Source: Podarcis vaucheri
Lineage: Eukaryota
DNA length: 64,000 nucleotides
Strand: one strand, 5' to 3'
Assembly: GCA_965113315.1 (NCBI GenBank)
Contig: OZ220379.1
The notes beneath the pieces were generated by a model. It was not told where the DNA came from. It saw only the letters and a program-made list of their open reading frames with translations, and made no database searches. A program made the position numbers and the translations under genes. Shown here piece after piece: positions 34,306 through 47,839 of this stretch; the first letter of the stretch is position 1; the number at the start of each line of letters is the position of its first letter.

Positions 34306-35412
34306 GAACACTAATAGAGTGAATGCAGCCTTAGAAAGCTTCACTGAGGAATTGCTATCAATTGTCCTGCTCTGCAATGAAGCAAAATCAATACTGGAAG
34401 GTGTGCAACATTTGTGACTGATCCATTCCTTGATCTAGACCAGGATTTCGGAATGACCTGAGCTATAACACAGACTATTCCGGCCCAGAACTTACAGCAG
34501 ACTGACAGGACAAAGAGAATGTTGGAAGGAAAAAACACAACTCTGCATACAGCTGTGTGCAAGGAATGGTCTGCTAACCATAGTCTGGATTCAGATTCTT
34601 ATTCTGAAGAGCAACAGACCTCTGAGCACAACAGAAAGCTCACTGTGTATTCTCTGGCCCACCTTTGGAGGGCAATGGTCCGTGGAAGGCAAGCGCATGA
34701 TCCTGCCCTTCTGAGCCTCAATGGTCTCTAACCTGCCACAACCCACTTCTATCTGAAAAGCAAAAATGTTTCCGGTGATTTTTAATATTGCATGAATTAA
34801 GCACACAGGACAACCGTTTTTCTCTGCAACGCTATGCCATTCTCCAGCTTTTCCAGGACAATCTTAATCATCTAGCAGTGATAATTGTGAGTTACCTAAC
34901 TATCTTGCAGCTCTAACTTATTCCCCGCTGCCCCCAGGGCATCATAATGTTTCTGCGCTTCTTGCTGGAGCCTCCTTCATTACTGTGACAACAATCTTAC
35001 AGAAATTATATGCCTGGGTTGCCATTAGTCCAGCTTCTCCAAAACCAAGGGATTTCTGAACAAAACGTATTCTATTGATGGGGGCGGCGGGGGGGGGGGG
35101 GGACGGACAGACCTGTACTGACCTCATCTCCATTCAGATATCCCACATTTGACGTGGAGGGAGGCATCTGCTGCAGATTTAACATTCAACAGCGATTCTG
35201 GCATAACCGCTGCTTCCAATTTTCCCCCCTTTCCTCCTCAGTGCAAATAAAGTTTTATGGCTACAGGCAGAAAGAATTCCCACACCATTGCTACCACTGT
35301 TTGACTTGCAAGCTAAATGAATCCACACAGGCAGAGAGGCACCAAAATGGGGATTATTTTTTTCCTCCAGCAAAAACTCGTTTGCTGTATCAAGAGTGTG
35401 CAAAGCACAGAA

Positions 35413-35460
<48 letters not shown>

Positions 35461-36169
35461 AACAGATGTGTTTCTAAGCTTCCAAACAGGAAAACTATGG
35501 GTCGTCTTTTCTTTCTTACTTTTTCACCACATGTTAACTGTTTATGATCACCGTGTGGTAGCTCCACAGGGAACTTGGGTTCATGAACAATGGCCCTACC
35601 ATTCGGCAGGGTGAGGCAGCCACCTCGGGCAGCTGGTTTTAGAAGTTGCATGCTTATCTAATTTATCATTGCTGTAGTTTTATTGTGAGGGAGGAGAAGA
35701 GGGACCTATAAGGTTATATACCACAGGTGTCAAAAGAGCTGGAAAAGGCTTGGGTGCCACGCACCTTGACTTGAAGGAGTCGCAGGGGGTGCCATTTGTG
35801 ACCCACCCCAGGCAACAAAGTGTCTTCATCCAACTGTGCAATAAAGAATTTGCATGTGCAGTTGGCTCAGGCTTTTGGCAACAACATTTCTGAAGCTTGT
35901 TGGAAAGCCTCAGGTAACAACAACAATAACAACAACAATTCTTAGCAGGTGATGTTGCCTCTTGGCCTAATTTCATATAGGCGCTGTCATGGCATTGAAT
36001 CCGCCCTGGTTGCCTTGACTGATGGCATTTGTGAGGAGAGTGGTGGTGGGCGATTCCACCAAAATAAATTATCCTAAAGCAAAATTGAATTGTTCTCTTA
36101 AGGAGAAAAAAACATGAGTAATTTTGAGGAAAGGCAAAAGAATTCATGGGAATTGTCTTGTGGTATCCC

Positions 36170-36408
36170 ATAGTGTTCCATCTTGTCCCCCATGGTATTT
36201 AACATCCGTCTGAAACTGCTGGGAGTTCTACAGAGATATGGAGTGAGGTGCAACCAATACATGGATGACAATCAGCTCTAGCTTTCTGTTTCATCTGACT
36301 CAGGTGAGAAGGCTGAGGTGCCAGACTAGTGCTTGAACCTGCCACTGTGCTGGTTGTTGGCCAATGAACTGCAACTGAGTTATAAAAAGACAGAAGTGTT
36401 ATGTGTTC
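36170..36408 (+). mobile_element. Old L2 RT core fragment
   Basis: Degenerate LSPMVFNI...YGVRCNQYMDDNQL and NELQLSYKKTEVL, compared with LSPMLFNI...YADDTQLY and NRLRLNPDKTEVL in the intact L2. Confidence 0.65.
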
Positions 36409-37781
36409 TTTAATCTGGGAGATGGGGAGACAACCTTATCTGGATGGGATCTCTTCCAACAATTCTATGATTCCATGATTCTATGGTGCTCCTGGTACAA
36501 CACTATCATTGGAAGCTAGGTAGCAATATTCCCTTGCTGTAATCTACCCCAAAACCTTATGGTGAAGGGCAAGTAAAATATATTAGAAATAATCTTTAAA
36601 ATTCTGGTTTTCAAAAGGAATAATATAACTATACAGTTTATTTCCAAGACAATATGCTGTGCTCAAAGACAATAAAATCAGAAGTCCTAGAGCAGGGAAT
36701 ATGAACCCCAATGAAATAAAAGATGTTTCTTGAAAAGGAAGAGTTCCAAAATAATTTTCCACCACCTCTCACTTCATTACCCATATAAAACTTAAAATTA
36801 ACTTCTGAATTAACTTTTTTGCCATTTTGTGCCCATTCATTTCTAGCTGTAAACTGGACAGATATTGGCTGCAATCCTGCACACCGTTAAGCTATGTAAA
36901 TGAAATCCCACTTCCCTCAGTAGGATTTAAGCAGGCAAATTATGCCCAGAATAACAGTCATTCAAACATATTAATAAATTCATTCCCCCCCCCCCGAAAA
37001 CGTGAACCCCAGCCAGTTAATGCAGAAAATGAGAGGCCATTACATTTTAAAGCCTTGTTATTCTAACCTGCCTCAGCCCTCTAATTTTGGTGCCATTTAT
37101 TAAGGACAGGTTTCTAAAGGTATGATGTAGCTAGAATTGTGGCTTTGTTACTGCCCTCCTCTGTTCGCATCTGGAGAACAGAGCTGTGCTGGGGAATACA
37201 CATCTCTTGCAGCTGTCAACTGGTGCTGAATGCTCACCTCATCCTTGAACTATTTTTTTTCTAAATAAAGATGGAAATTGCTTCTTTTTCGTTTAAACAA
37301 ACAGCATGCATATTTCCCAAGTGTAATAAGTATTCCTTTGCACGGGAATTATAAAGCGGTTTTATGGTTCCAAAAACTGTCATCATGTAAACTTCTCAGT
37401 TGGCAGGATCATTTCAGATTTTTAAAATGGGGCGGGCAGGCACCAGCTCTGGGTGCAGTCCACCCCCAGGACAGTCCCAAGCCTTCCATGGAAGTTAGGC
37501 TTCCTTGGAGGTGAATACTGCTTGCTAGAAGCACTTACTGCTTAACTACTCACTCCCTACTCTTGGCTAGCACTGAAAAGCAAAGTAGACTTCTTTAGAT
37601 TGCCCCTATTATGAGGAATCTATAAGAACAACTCCATACTGTTCATTGCTGAGCACCACCTGTGTGTTGTCAGCCTCCCAGTACTTGTTGTCTTCAAGGT
37701 GATATCCTTCTCCCCACATTCACATTTCAAGATTTATGGGTTTACAAAGTATTTCTGCTCCACATTAAGTTTTTTAAAGTA

Positions 37782-38022
37782 CAGAGGTACATCAGTTAAT
37801 GAACGTAATCCATTCTGGAAGACGGTTCGATTTCCAAAACGTTCGAAAACTGAGGTGCAAAGGGCGGTCTGCAATTTTAATTGAGAAAATTGAGAAACAC
37901 TCAGCGGACGTTGTTTGACTTCTGAAGCGCGTTCGAAAATGGAAGCATTTACTCCTGGGTTTTCAGCATTCGAAAACCGAAACGTTTGACTTCCGATACG
38001 TTCGAAAACCGAGGTACCACTG
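37782..38022. mobile_element. Tigger-like MITE, family C
   Basis: Termini CAGAGGTACATCAG / CCGAGGTACCACTG with a TA TSD and internal GTTCGAAAA repeats. Confidence 0.8.
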
Positions 38023-38165
38023 TATTCTTTAGAGAAAGAGGTTGAGCTGTAATTACGGATATAATGGAGAATACTCCATTCCAAAAGTATTTAACGTAAG
38101 GGCATTCCCACCAAACATGAATAAATGAACCAAGCTTTCCATAGCCCTTCCAACAGAGAGAGAAA

Positions 38166-39842
38166 ATAATAATAATAATAATAATAATTTATTATTTATA
38201 CCCCGCCCATCTGGCTGGGCCTCCCCAGCCACTCTGGGCGGCTTCCATAAAAACCAAAAATACAATAAAATATCACACGTTAAAAACTTCCCTGAACAGG
38301 ACTGCCTTAAGATGTCTCCTGAATGTCAGGTAGTTGTTTATCGCTTTGACATCTGCTGGAAGGGCGTTCCACAGGGCGGGCGCCACTACCGAGAAGGCCC
38401 TCTGCCTGGTTCCCTGTAGCTTTGCTTCTCGCAATGAGGGAACCGCCAGAAGGCCCTCAGCGCTGGACCTCAGCGTCCGGGCAGAATGATGGGGGTGGAG
38501 ACGCTCCTTCAGGTATACTGGACCGAGGCCGTTTAGGGCTTTAAAGGTCAGCACCAACACTTTGAATTGTGCTCGGAAACGTACTGGGAGCCAATGCAGG
38601 TCTTTCAAGACCGGTGTTATATGGTCTCGGCGGCCGCTCCCAGTCACCAGTCTAGCTGCCGCATTCTGGATTAGTTGTAGTTTCCGAGTCACCTTCAAAG
38701 GTAGCCCCACGTAGAGTGCATTGCAGTAGTCCAAGCGGGAGATAACCAGAGCATGCACCACTCTGGCGAGACAGTCCGCCGGCAGATAGGGTCTCAGCCT
38801 ACGTACCAGATGGAGCTGGTAAACAGCCGCCCTGGACACAGATTTAACCTGTGCCTCCATGGACAGCTGTGAGTCCAAAATGACTCCCAGGCTGCGCACC
38901 TGGTCCTTCAGGGGCACAGTTACCCCATTCAGGACCAGGGAATCCTCCACACCTGCCCGCCTCCTGTCCCCCAAAAACAGTACTTCTGTCTTGTCAGGAT
39001 TCAACCTCAATCTGTTAGCCGCCATCCATCCTCCAACCGCCTCCAGACACTCACACAGGACCTTCACTGCCTTCACTGGTTCTGATTTAAAAGAGAGGTA
39101 GAGCTGGGTATCATCCGCATACTGATGAACACCCAGCCCAAACCTCCTGATGATCTCTCCCAGCGGCCGCATGTAGATGTTGAAAAGCATGGGGGAGAGG
39201 ACAGAACCCTGAGGCACCCCACAAGTGAGAGCCCAGGGGTCTGAACACTCATCCCCCACCACCACTTTCTGAACACGGCCCAGGAGGAAGGAGCGGAACC
39301 ACTGTATAACAGTGCCCCCAGCTCCCAGCCCCTCAAGACGGTCCAGAAGGATGCTATGGTCGATGGTATCGAACGCCGCTGAGAGATCCAGCAGAACTAG
39401 GAAACAGCTCTCACCTTTGTCCCTAGCCCGCCAGAGATCATCAACCAGTGCGACCAAGGCAGTTTCAGTCCCATGATGAGGCCTGAATCCCGACTGGAAG
39501 GGATCCAAATGGTCCGCTTCTTCCAGGCGTGCCTGGAGTTGTTCGGCAACCGCTCGCTCAATCACCTTGCCCAGGAATGGAAGATTTGAGACTGGGCGAT
39601 AGTTGGCCATCGTGGCCGCATCTAAAGATGGTTTTTTAAGAAGCGGTTTAATAACCGCCTCTTTCAGCGGGTCTGGGAAGGCTCCCTCACGGAGGGAAGC
39701 ATTCACCACCCCACGAAGCCCATCGCCCAGTCCTTCCCGGCTAGCTTTTATAAGCCAGGATGGGCAAGGATCCAGGAGACAGGTGGTTGGTTTCACTCGT
39801 CCAAGCAGCCTGTCCACATCCTCGGAGGTAACAGATTGGAAA
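38166..39842 (-). mobile_element. Young 5'-truncated L2 LINE
   Basis: Uninterrupted RT frame, 3'UTR and AAT-rich tail. Homologous fragments occur throughout the window. Confidence 0.95.
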
Positions 39843-39964
39843 AGGGAGGGTTTTTTGCCAGCCTGACCAGCTTCCAGTGCCATTGGAAGAGGACCTTGAG
39901 AGAGGCCTTCTGTAAGCGAGCAGAGATGGTTTTGAGTGGGGAAGTGGTCCAGATACCCTCCCAT
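38273..39964 (-). CDS. L2 ORF2 reverse transcriptase (endonuclease missing), 563-aa open frame with about 40 N-terminal residues from flanking DNA
   Basis: Motifs NYRPVSNLPFLGKVIE, FQSGFRP.HGTETAL, LDLSAAFDTIDH, GVPQGSVLSPMLFNIY, YADDTQLY and HITPVLKDLHWLPV. Confidence 0.9.
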   Translation of the reverse strand: MGGYLDHFPTQNHLCSLTEGLSQGPLPMALEAGQAGKKPSLFQSVTSEDVDRLLGRVKPTTCLLDPCPSWLIKASREGLGDGLRGVVNASLREGAFPDPLKEAVIKPLLKKPSLDAATMANYRPVSNLPFLGKVIERAVAEQLQARLEEADHLDPFQSGFRPHHGTETALVALVDDLWRARDKGESCFLVLLDLSAAFDTIDHSILLDRLEGLGAGGTVIQWFRSFLLGRVQKVVVGDECSDPWALTCGVPQGSVLSPMLFNIYMRPLGEIIRRFGLGVHQYADDTQLYLSFKSEPVKAVKVLCECLEAVGGWMAANRLRLNPDKTEVLFLGDRRRAGVEDSLVLNGVTVPLKDQVRSLGVILDSQLSMEAQVKSVSRAAVYQLHLVRRLRPYLPADCLARVVHALVISRLDYCNALYVGLPLKVTRKLQLIQNAAARLVTGSGRRDHITPVLKDLHWLPVRFRAQFKVLVLTFKALNGLGPVYLKERLHPHHSARTLRSSAEGLLAVPSLREAKLQGTRQRAFSVVAPALWNALPADVKAINNYLTFRRHLKAVLFREVFNV

Positions 39965-40542
39965 TTGTGATCAACAATTGGGTGGCCAATTTGAAGGCCT
40001 CCAGCACTCCCTGCTTCATGATCTAACAGATTGCTGTATATTTGGGAAGCAGCCTTAGCCATACTAACTTTGGACATACTTAGGCTCCACCCTGTGCCAC
40101 AGCAAACTAGTAAGCTTCTTACTAACTGCAGCACAATTAGCATTAGCTCACCAATGGAAGAACCAGACAGAAATACCCCTGAACATATGGGAAAATAATA
40201 TTTGGGATACAGCAGTGTTTGATCATCTCATCAGACACAAGAGGGCAATTAACGGCATAATGAATAGAGACACCTTCCAAGAAACATGAACCCCTTTCTT
40301 TAACTATGTTAATGACCAAAATCAATACTTTCTTATTCCAACACTTCAATATTTGAATGTCTTGTAATTCACCAAAACAACCACTATTCTTGCATGCTCC
40401 ATATGTAGGCTGGAGTTTTGCCTTAGAATGCTGTTTGAAAATCAAGTGTTAAAGTAGATCCTTGCAATTCTAAAAAAAATTGTGGTCAAATTAAACACAA
40501 TCAGTTTCCTCTCTGTGTTGATTCTAGCATAGATGTGTGCAT

Positions 40543-40581
<39 letters not shown>
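40543..40581. repeat. (CA)n microsatellite
   Basis: Direct reading. Other CA/TG tracts are at about 3332, 15425 and 51894-51937. Confidence 0.95.
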
Positions 40582-40582
<1 letters not shown>

Positions 40583-42068
40583 TTCAGCTCTTAGTTCTGA
40601 GGTACACAGCTCTAAAAATGACTTCCTCTGTTTAGTCTCTGCTGCCTCAGGTATGGTGCAGACAGCCATAATGTAAGTTTTGTCACTTGGTCTTGTCAGT
40701 GACTCTAAGCTGACGGTAGATCATTACCACATGGCCACAGCATTCTCTATGGGAATGAGAGACGTTAACTGTGTCAACTGGGTTGTGATATATTAAATAT
40801 GGCAGTTTTATAAAGTGGGCCTCAGCCTACCAGAGAGCTCGGCTAAACCAGAAACTCTGTACTGCATTGGCTTTGAACAACGCCTCTCCAGGGGTGAAGC
40901 TCTCCCCCATTCTACCCCACACATACACAACCACAAATAAATGTTAGAGAAAAGAGGCATTTCTGCCACACTGTGTAGCAGTAGGCACAATGGTTTTATC
41001 ATGTGGAATCGCATTGGGGTTGGGATTTTGATATGGTATGTTATGAGGAAAATCATACATTAGTCACAGTCAAATATGTCAAAAGCATTAAAATATGCAA
41101 GAAAATAAAATCAGATTCACTATAGGACGCCAAACTAGTATGATAGACCACCTACTGCGTGATTAGTACTAATTACTAAATGCAATATTTATGGTCTGCC
41201 TAGAAAATATAATATCTTGCCTTGGGAAGTTACTGTGCAAATGCACCAGTGATTCAATTATGTAGCATGTGGGCATAAGGGACAAGGCAGAGAATCTTTA
41301 CATCTACTCAGAAGTAAGTTCCACTAAGCTCTGTCTTAGACACCTGGAAACCCATCTGGGAGCCATCTTGGCCATAATAGCTTTGTACCCATTTATGGTC
41401 TCTTTCTAGTCTACTAGTTACATATATTCAACCAAATGTATTTATTGCAAGGAGGCTGGGGCAGAGATTGACCAAAAGGAAAAGGGGGAAAAGCACACTG
41501 CTGTTAGAATGGCAATGCGAAGTTCTACAGTTACTTGTACCAAGGGGAACATCTACACTACAAATGCCTGTCACTCTTATGCCTCTTTCAACTCCCTGGC
41601 TTTTGCAGGGAGTGTGCTGAGTATTTTAGAGATCACAGAACTCTATTTCCAAGGTTTTTCCTGTGGAGTGGGAATAACTCTTAAAACAATTTGAGGTATG
41701 TGATAGAATTATGTCCATAGCTTTCCCACAAGGGACTTCCAAGAGTGTTTTGGGGGTTTTTCTGTTCTTTTCTGGTTGATTGGTTGGGGTTACTATGCTA
41801 GTCATAGGAATTGCCTTACACAGTAGACCATTAAACTAAGGATGGTCAGACCCATTAATGTTCAGTCCATCCAAGTTCCCAGAAGGGATGTGTGCCTGCA
41901 TGCTGTTTCCCGCCCCCTGCCCCCATTTCTGTAATTTACATTGAGTGAAAGAAAATGCTTAATGTACACCCAAATTAAAAATGCAACTTTTTCATTTTCA
42001 TATTCGGTGAACAACCCTGAGATCTGCATTTATAAGATTTATAAGATTCCAGAGCAATGTATGGCAGA

Positions 42069-42069
<1 letters not shown>

Positions 42070-42117
<48 letters not shown>

Positions 42118-42674
42118 GAGTTTGGATTTGATATCCTGCTTTTTCACTACCCGAAGGAGTCTCAAAGCGGCTAACATTCTCCTTTCCCTTCCTTCCCCAC
42201 AACAAACACTCTGTGAGGTGAGTGGGGCTGAGAGACTTCAGAGAAGTGTGACTAGCCCAAGGTCACCCAGCAGCTGCATGTGGAGGAGAGGGGAAGCGAA
42301 CCTGGTTCACCAGATTACAAGTCCACCGCTCTTAACCACACTGGCTCCAATACTCCACCCATCTGGCTGGGTTGCCCCAGCCACTCTGGGCAGCTCCCAA
42401 CAGAATATTAAAAACACAATAAAACATCAAACATTAAAAACTTCCCTAAACAGAGTTGCCTCAGATGTCTTCTAAAAATCTGATAGTTGTTTATTTTCTT
42501 GACATCTGATGGGAGGGTGTTCCACACGGTGGACACCACTACCAAGAAGGCCCTCTGCCTGGTTCCTTGTAACCTCACTTCTCACACTGAGGGAACCACC
42601 AGAAGGCCTTCAGAGCTGGACCTCAGTATCCGGGCAGAATGATGGGGGTAGAAACGCTCCTTCTGGTATACTGG
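42070..42674 (-). mobile_element. L2 LINE 3' end whose tail is interrupted by a Squam3-like SINE
   Basis: 42350-42674 matches 38198-38522. The (ATT)n tail is at 42070-42115. Confidence 0.85.
42116..42347 (-). mobile_element. Squam3-like SINE
   Basis: Reverse complement matches the 2328 and 60756 copies. Confidence 0.88.
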
Positions 42675-43276
42675 AAAGCATCTTCTCATGGCAACAGTAG
42701 AGGTTTTTTTTTTAGCATGCTATTGTCCACAGTCCACCCAAGAATTGTGCAGATCCCCCTGAGACCTGCAGTTGCCTTTCACTTCTGCAATTTCCATCAA
42801 CATGATGTGGCTAAACCTACGAAGCCAGACAGGCCTACCCACCAAAAGTCAACAAGAGGATACCTGAAGGGCACATGCCACCTCATGTAGAGTGCATCTC
42901 GTTCATTCTTTGGTTTGCTATGTTTGCAAAGCTGTCAATGCTTAACAGCAATATTTATTCATTTAATCTTGTTAAAGCTCTGATTATTTGTTTAAAAGCT
43001 TCTTCTTCCTGACTGTATTGCAGCAGCCCCAGGCATCTGTACGCAAACTCTCCCACTCCGTTCTTTGCTCTGACCTGGAGGCAAGTTCAGGCAAGGCCAT
43101 CAGGTTTTCTTCGTGCATGTTCCTCTAAAGGCCACAATCACCCTTCCTTTACCCTCAAATGCCCTTGCCTCTTGCCTAGGTGGCAAAAGCATGCTGCAGG
43201 AGGGAGAATAGGCCACTGTCGAAATACCAAGAAAGACATGGTCCATAATCATGACCATTATAGTCCATGAAACACC

Positions 43277-43389
43277 TGAATGATGGGTGTGGAGATGCTC
43301 CTTCAGGTATACAGGACCGAGGCCGTTTAGGGCTTTAAAGGTCAACACCAACACTTTGAATTATGCTTGGAAACGTACTGGGAACCAAT
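43277..43389 (-). mobile_element. L2 internal fragment
   Basis: Encodes VLVLTFKALNGLGPVYLKEHLHTHHS. Confidence 0.85.
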
Positions 43390-43908
43390 TAAGCTTTAGA
43401 AAGGGGCAAGATTAGATGCAGAGACATAAAGCAATAATAACAACAACAACAACCAAGACTCCTTGCTCTCTGCTCCCACTATCTTCTTGCCCAGGGCAGC
43501 CCTGCCCTTTGACTGCCCCTCAGAGCTGGCATATCACACGGGGCTGGGCCTTGGCAGAGGCAGCCTCTTCTCCTCCTTGCCCGCTCTCCAGCAGCAGCTA
43601 CAAGCTGCCCAAGGGAAGAGGACAGCTGCAGAATCCATGGAGAGGCAACGGGGTGCTCCCTTGCCGCCGCTCAGAACAAACACAGCCTCTTCCTCCTCCC
43701 CAAGCTCAGCAGCACTGGTGGGGGATACAGGGACATTTCAGAATCAAATCAGAAGCTGGGATGGCTTTCATAATTCCAGCACTGTCCCTGGAAAATCAGG
43801 ACACTTGGGATCGGTGCTTGCTATAAGCACAAATATTCATTTGCACCACCATTTTGAATTGAAACTGGCAATGCAAATTATCTTCCTCTGCAACCATGGT
43901 TTGATGTA

Positions 43909-44150
43909 CAGTGGTACCTTGGGTTAAGAACTTAATTCGTTCTGGAGGTCTGTTCTTAACCTGAAACTGTTCTTAACCTGAAGCACCACTTTAGCTAATA
44001 GAGCCTCCTGCTGCCGCTGCGCCGCTGCTGCACGATTTCTGTTCTCATCCTGAAGCAAAGTTCTTAACCCAAGGTAATATTTCTGGGTTGGCGGAGTCTG
44101 TAACCTGAAGTGTATGTAACCTGAAGCGTATGTAATCCGAGGTACCATTG
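43909..44150. mobile_element. Tigger-like MITE, family A
   Basis: CAGTGGTACCTTGGGTTA TIR with a TA TSD. Confidence 0.9.
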
Positions 44151-46638
44151 TAAAAGAATCATGTCTGGGGTCCATCTTGGTGAATGCTCATTTCATTACT
44201 GTCTTCTAATCTGGTTGTCCATCAAGCACACTATACTAAGAACTGTACTCAGTTTCTTGCCAACCTGGCACCTCCTGGGTTTCTTGGACTCCAGTTCCCA
44301 TCAGCCTCAGTCAGCACAGCCTTATTTACATGGAAATTGCCCTAATGAATTAGCCTCTGTAAATCTGTCGTGGAATAAACTGGAATAGAGCCTTGGCCTA
44401 AGAAAGAACTTGAGTGGCTTGAAATTACAGTCCCATTTTTTAAAAAGCACATTAAAAAAGGCACATCTATATTTATTACTAGTATCTCCACTGGCGGATA
44501 TAACATGGTTCTTGAGTAATATAGGTCATATTCTTTCAAGAATGTGCCTGAAAAATGCAAAACTTTAGGGGGAACTCCGTGGCACTAAAACATGTAAGAA
44601 CAAGAAATAAGAGGAATGTTGCATTTGTATGCTGAGGAAACAAATCTTTTAAAGATAGATTACTCCATTCTAAATATAGGCTTTTAAGATTCCATAAAAC
44701 GGGAGAGAAAAGGCTAAAGTATCAAGCTCTTAGGAGATTAAAAAAAAATGTGAGTGCTATATTTTATGCCATTTTTGCTGGGGGGGAAATATTGCAGCTG
44801 TGTTTTTTTCCCCTGAACATTGAAGACTTTACTAATTCCACTATGTATTTATAAAACACATATATCCCTTCCAAAAGATTCAGTTTTAGTCAAATTAGAC
44901 ATAATAAAGTAGCTGGATTTTGTGGGGGGCAGGTTAGGAGGTTCTGAACAGCGCTTGCACTTACGTAGGTGTATTACTCTGAGAACAAACCCAACCATAA
45001 ACATGTTATTTATCTGCTGAGTGCAAAATCAAAATCTAGCAGCGTGGATTAAGGACCACCATTTTCCATCATTTCTTTGTAAGCAGCAAGTATGCAGCCT
45101 AATCTAGTGGAGCTGCTATGTGAGGGTGCAACGGGGAACCGTTTTAAAGTGTGGTGCATGTGTTCCCTTTAAGCTTATAAATTATTGTGAAACAGAACAT
45201 GGAATAAAAAGACACCAGTCAGTGCAGAACAGGCATTGAACCTGACACACTACAAACTCAGGTACGGCACAGTGGACGACCTTTAGCTGCTATGCAAACT
45301 GCACATACCACTCGCACCAGATGCACAACTAATTCTTGGCACTTATTACTCCATTTCTAAATGCACAGATGTGTCTGATGAGAACTGAGCTGCAAATTCA
45401 TGTTAGTACATAGACTTCCTGGGCAAATAAATAAATAAATCTAGCACTCCCCTTTGTTAGATTCTGGATGAGTCGTAACAGAACTGTACAGGTTTTCATT
45501 CTTTATACCACACATCCTCTGTTTAGCATGTACAGTATTTATTATTCTGCCCCCCCCACTTCCGAGGGAACTCAGATCATATTCTTTCGCGGTGACTTCT
45601 TATATAAGATATGCTTCCACATGGGAGGCCATAGGAAAGAGAGAGTGGAATCAACTGCAAATTGCTTTTGCATGATTCTTTCTCTTCCCAATCCTGGTCT
45701 CCACCGTCTCACAATGATGGCCAAATCAAAAGTTTAATATGGCTGAGAGATTATCCCCTCCTTGACCTCTTGAGTGTGCAACGGTGAAATGGAAATCTCC
45801 TAATAATCATTCCTTAAAATGTGAGATTCCTGTTCCTTCCTTTCTGATCCATCTGCAAACACTGCTAAGAACATGTTTTCTGGGTTCCTTTCACCTCCCG
45901 TCTCTTCCTGAGAAGAGCAGCCATGGAGACTAATGTAGGTGAAGCTGTTCAAGTGCTATTTTGGTTAGAGTTTGGCACCTATCCAAGCCACGTCCCTTCA
46001 GAAGGAATCATTGCAACTTCAAACTTTTTCAAAAGTTCAACTTTGAAACAGAAAAAATGATGCCCCTCCCTCAAGCTCCACAAAGCCTGAGCACCAGAGA
46101 GCAGAATCAAAAGTTACACCCCCTCCCTACTCACAATGTCAGTGCAAAATATATCTTTTCTGAAACGCTCATAAAATGCACTCCTATAACCTCATAAATC
46201 TTTTTCATTTTAAATCTTGCTCTTTCCACTCATGAAAGACACATTTTGTCCCCTACTTAATCCATATTTACCTTTACAGAAGTGGTATTTACATTCTCTG
46301 TACTTTTTCCACAGAATATGCTTCATCCCTTTGATGTGTGACTACATTGGCTTGGCACCTGGGAGTGGAAGGAGCCTGTAAAAGAAAAGAAAAGAAAATA
46401 TGATTGAGCTGTTTAAAATGTTAATAGCTGAAGTGCACAATTCAACTTTAAGGCAAAAGAACACATAAATATCTACAACAATTATGGGCCTCCTCACCAT
46501 TTTACTTACATGCATACCATCCCAAAGTTGGACTAGAGTAACTCTGCGCTTAATTATCCTTATTAAGAAACTGTTCTCAAGCTACAAGACCTAGCTTTCC
46601 ACCTACATATGACTTAGGTCTAGGAAACTAGCTACACA

Positions 46639-46933
46639 CATACCCTCCAACTTTTCTCTGATGAAAATAGGGGTGTCCTATTCCATAACTTCCACCATTT
46701 CTCCAGTGAAAATAGAGACATTCCAAAAATTTTCCAATGGAAATAATTATGTCCTGTTCCATAACTTCCAACATTTATCCAATGAAACTAGGGATGCCCT
46801 ACCATAATCTCCAACATTTATCCAATAAAAATAGGGATGTCCTACGGAAAAGCGGGATCAAATCAGAAACCGGGACAGCTTCTGTAAATCCAGGACTGTC
46901 CCTGGCAAACCATAGGGGCACTTGGAGGGTCTG
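46639..46933. mobile_element. Non-autonomous DNA-transposon-like element with tandemly reiterated left end
   Basis: TIR CATACCCTCCAA / TTGGAGGGTCTG, with about four copies of a roughly 43-bp CATA..(C/T)TCCAACATTT.TCC..TGAAAATAGGGA.GTCC unit. Confidence 0.65.
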
Positions 46934-47248
46934 GACACATTACACATGCAATACTTCCCCAATACCATTTAAAAACAAAATAAAAAACGGATTTGGTTTC
47001 AGAGTGGTGACCAAATTTATAATGGAGAAGTGGTGCTGAATGCAGTCTCCATCTCACTTTCTCCACACGCTAATTTATCCACTCCTGACAAGGCCCCTTT
47101 CCATGGCTTCATTGGTGCCCAGGTTCAAAACATGTGTGAACAAGCACTTGAAATTCCGGGGAGGGGGAAGCCATGGGGAGGAGACTTGGAGCAAAGAAAC
47201 AGTCGGGGAGGAAATGGTTCTGTGGCTACACATAGACTTTATGTAGAC

Positions 47249-47384
47249 CAGGCTTCCTCAACCTCAGTCCTCCAGATATTTTTGGCCTACAGCTCCCATG
47301 ATCCCTAGCTACCAGGACCAGTGGTCAGGGATGATGGGAATTCTAGTCTCAAAACATCTGGAGGGCTGAGGTTGAGGAAGCCTT
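47249..47384. mobile_element. Small hairpin hAT MITE
   Basis: Long TIRs CAGGCTTCCTCAACCTCAG / CTGAGGTTGAGGAAGCCT. Perfect 8-bp TSD ATGTAGAC. Confidence 0.9.
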
Positions 47385-47458
47385 ATGTAGACCTTGGAGT
47401 GGTTTGAGTGGAAGTCTATAAATTTATTTGTATGTTGTCAGACAGCAGGTGAAAAGCA

Positions 47459-47839
47459 GGGGACGTGGGTGGCCCTGTGGTCTAAACCACTGAGCCTCTT
47501 GGACTCGCCGACTGGAAGGTCGGCAGTGTGAATCTGTGCGACTGGGTGAGCTCCCCTTGCTCTGTCCCAGCTCCTGCCAACCTAGCAGTTCAAAAGCACA
47601 CCAGTGCAAGTAGATAAATAGGTACCACTGTGGCAAGAAACAGCATTTCCATGCGCTCTGGTTTCCATCATGGTGTTCCATTGCGCCAGAAGAGGTTTAG
47701 TCATGCTGGCTACATGACCCAGAAAGCTGTCTGTGGACAAATGTTGGCTCCCTCAGCCTGAAAGCAGATATGAGTGCTGCAACCCCATAGTACCCTTTGA
47801 CTGGACTTAACCCTCCAGGGGTCCTTTACCTTTACCTTT
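47459..47839 (+). mobile_element. Sauria SINE, second subtype
   Basis: Head and (ACCTTT)n tail, as in the other copies. Confidence 0.92.

Noticed and set aside
44950-44990. Minus-strand 14-nt AG..GTAAGT candidate
   Set aside because: Frame-shifting length and a weak pyrimidine tract.
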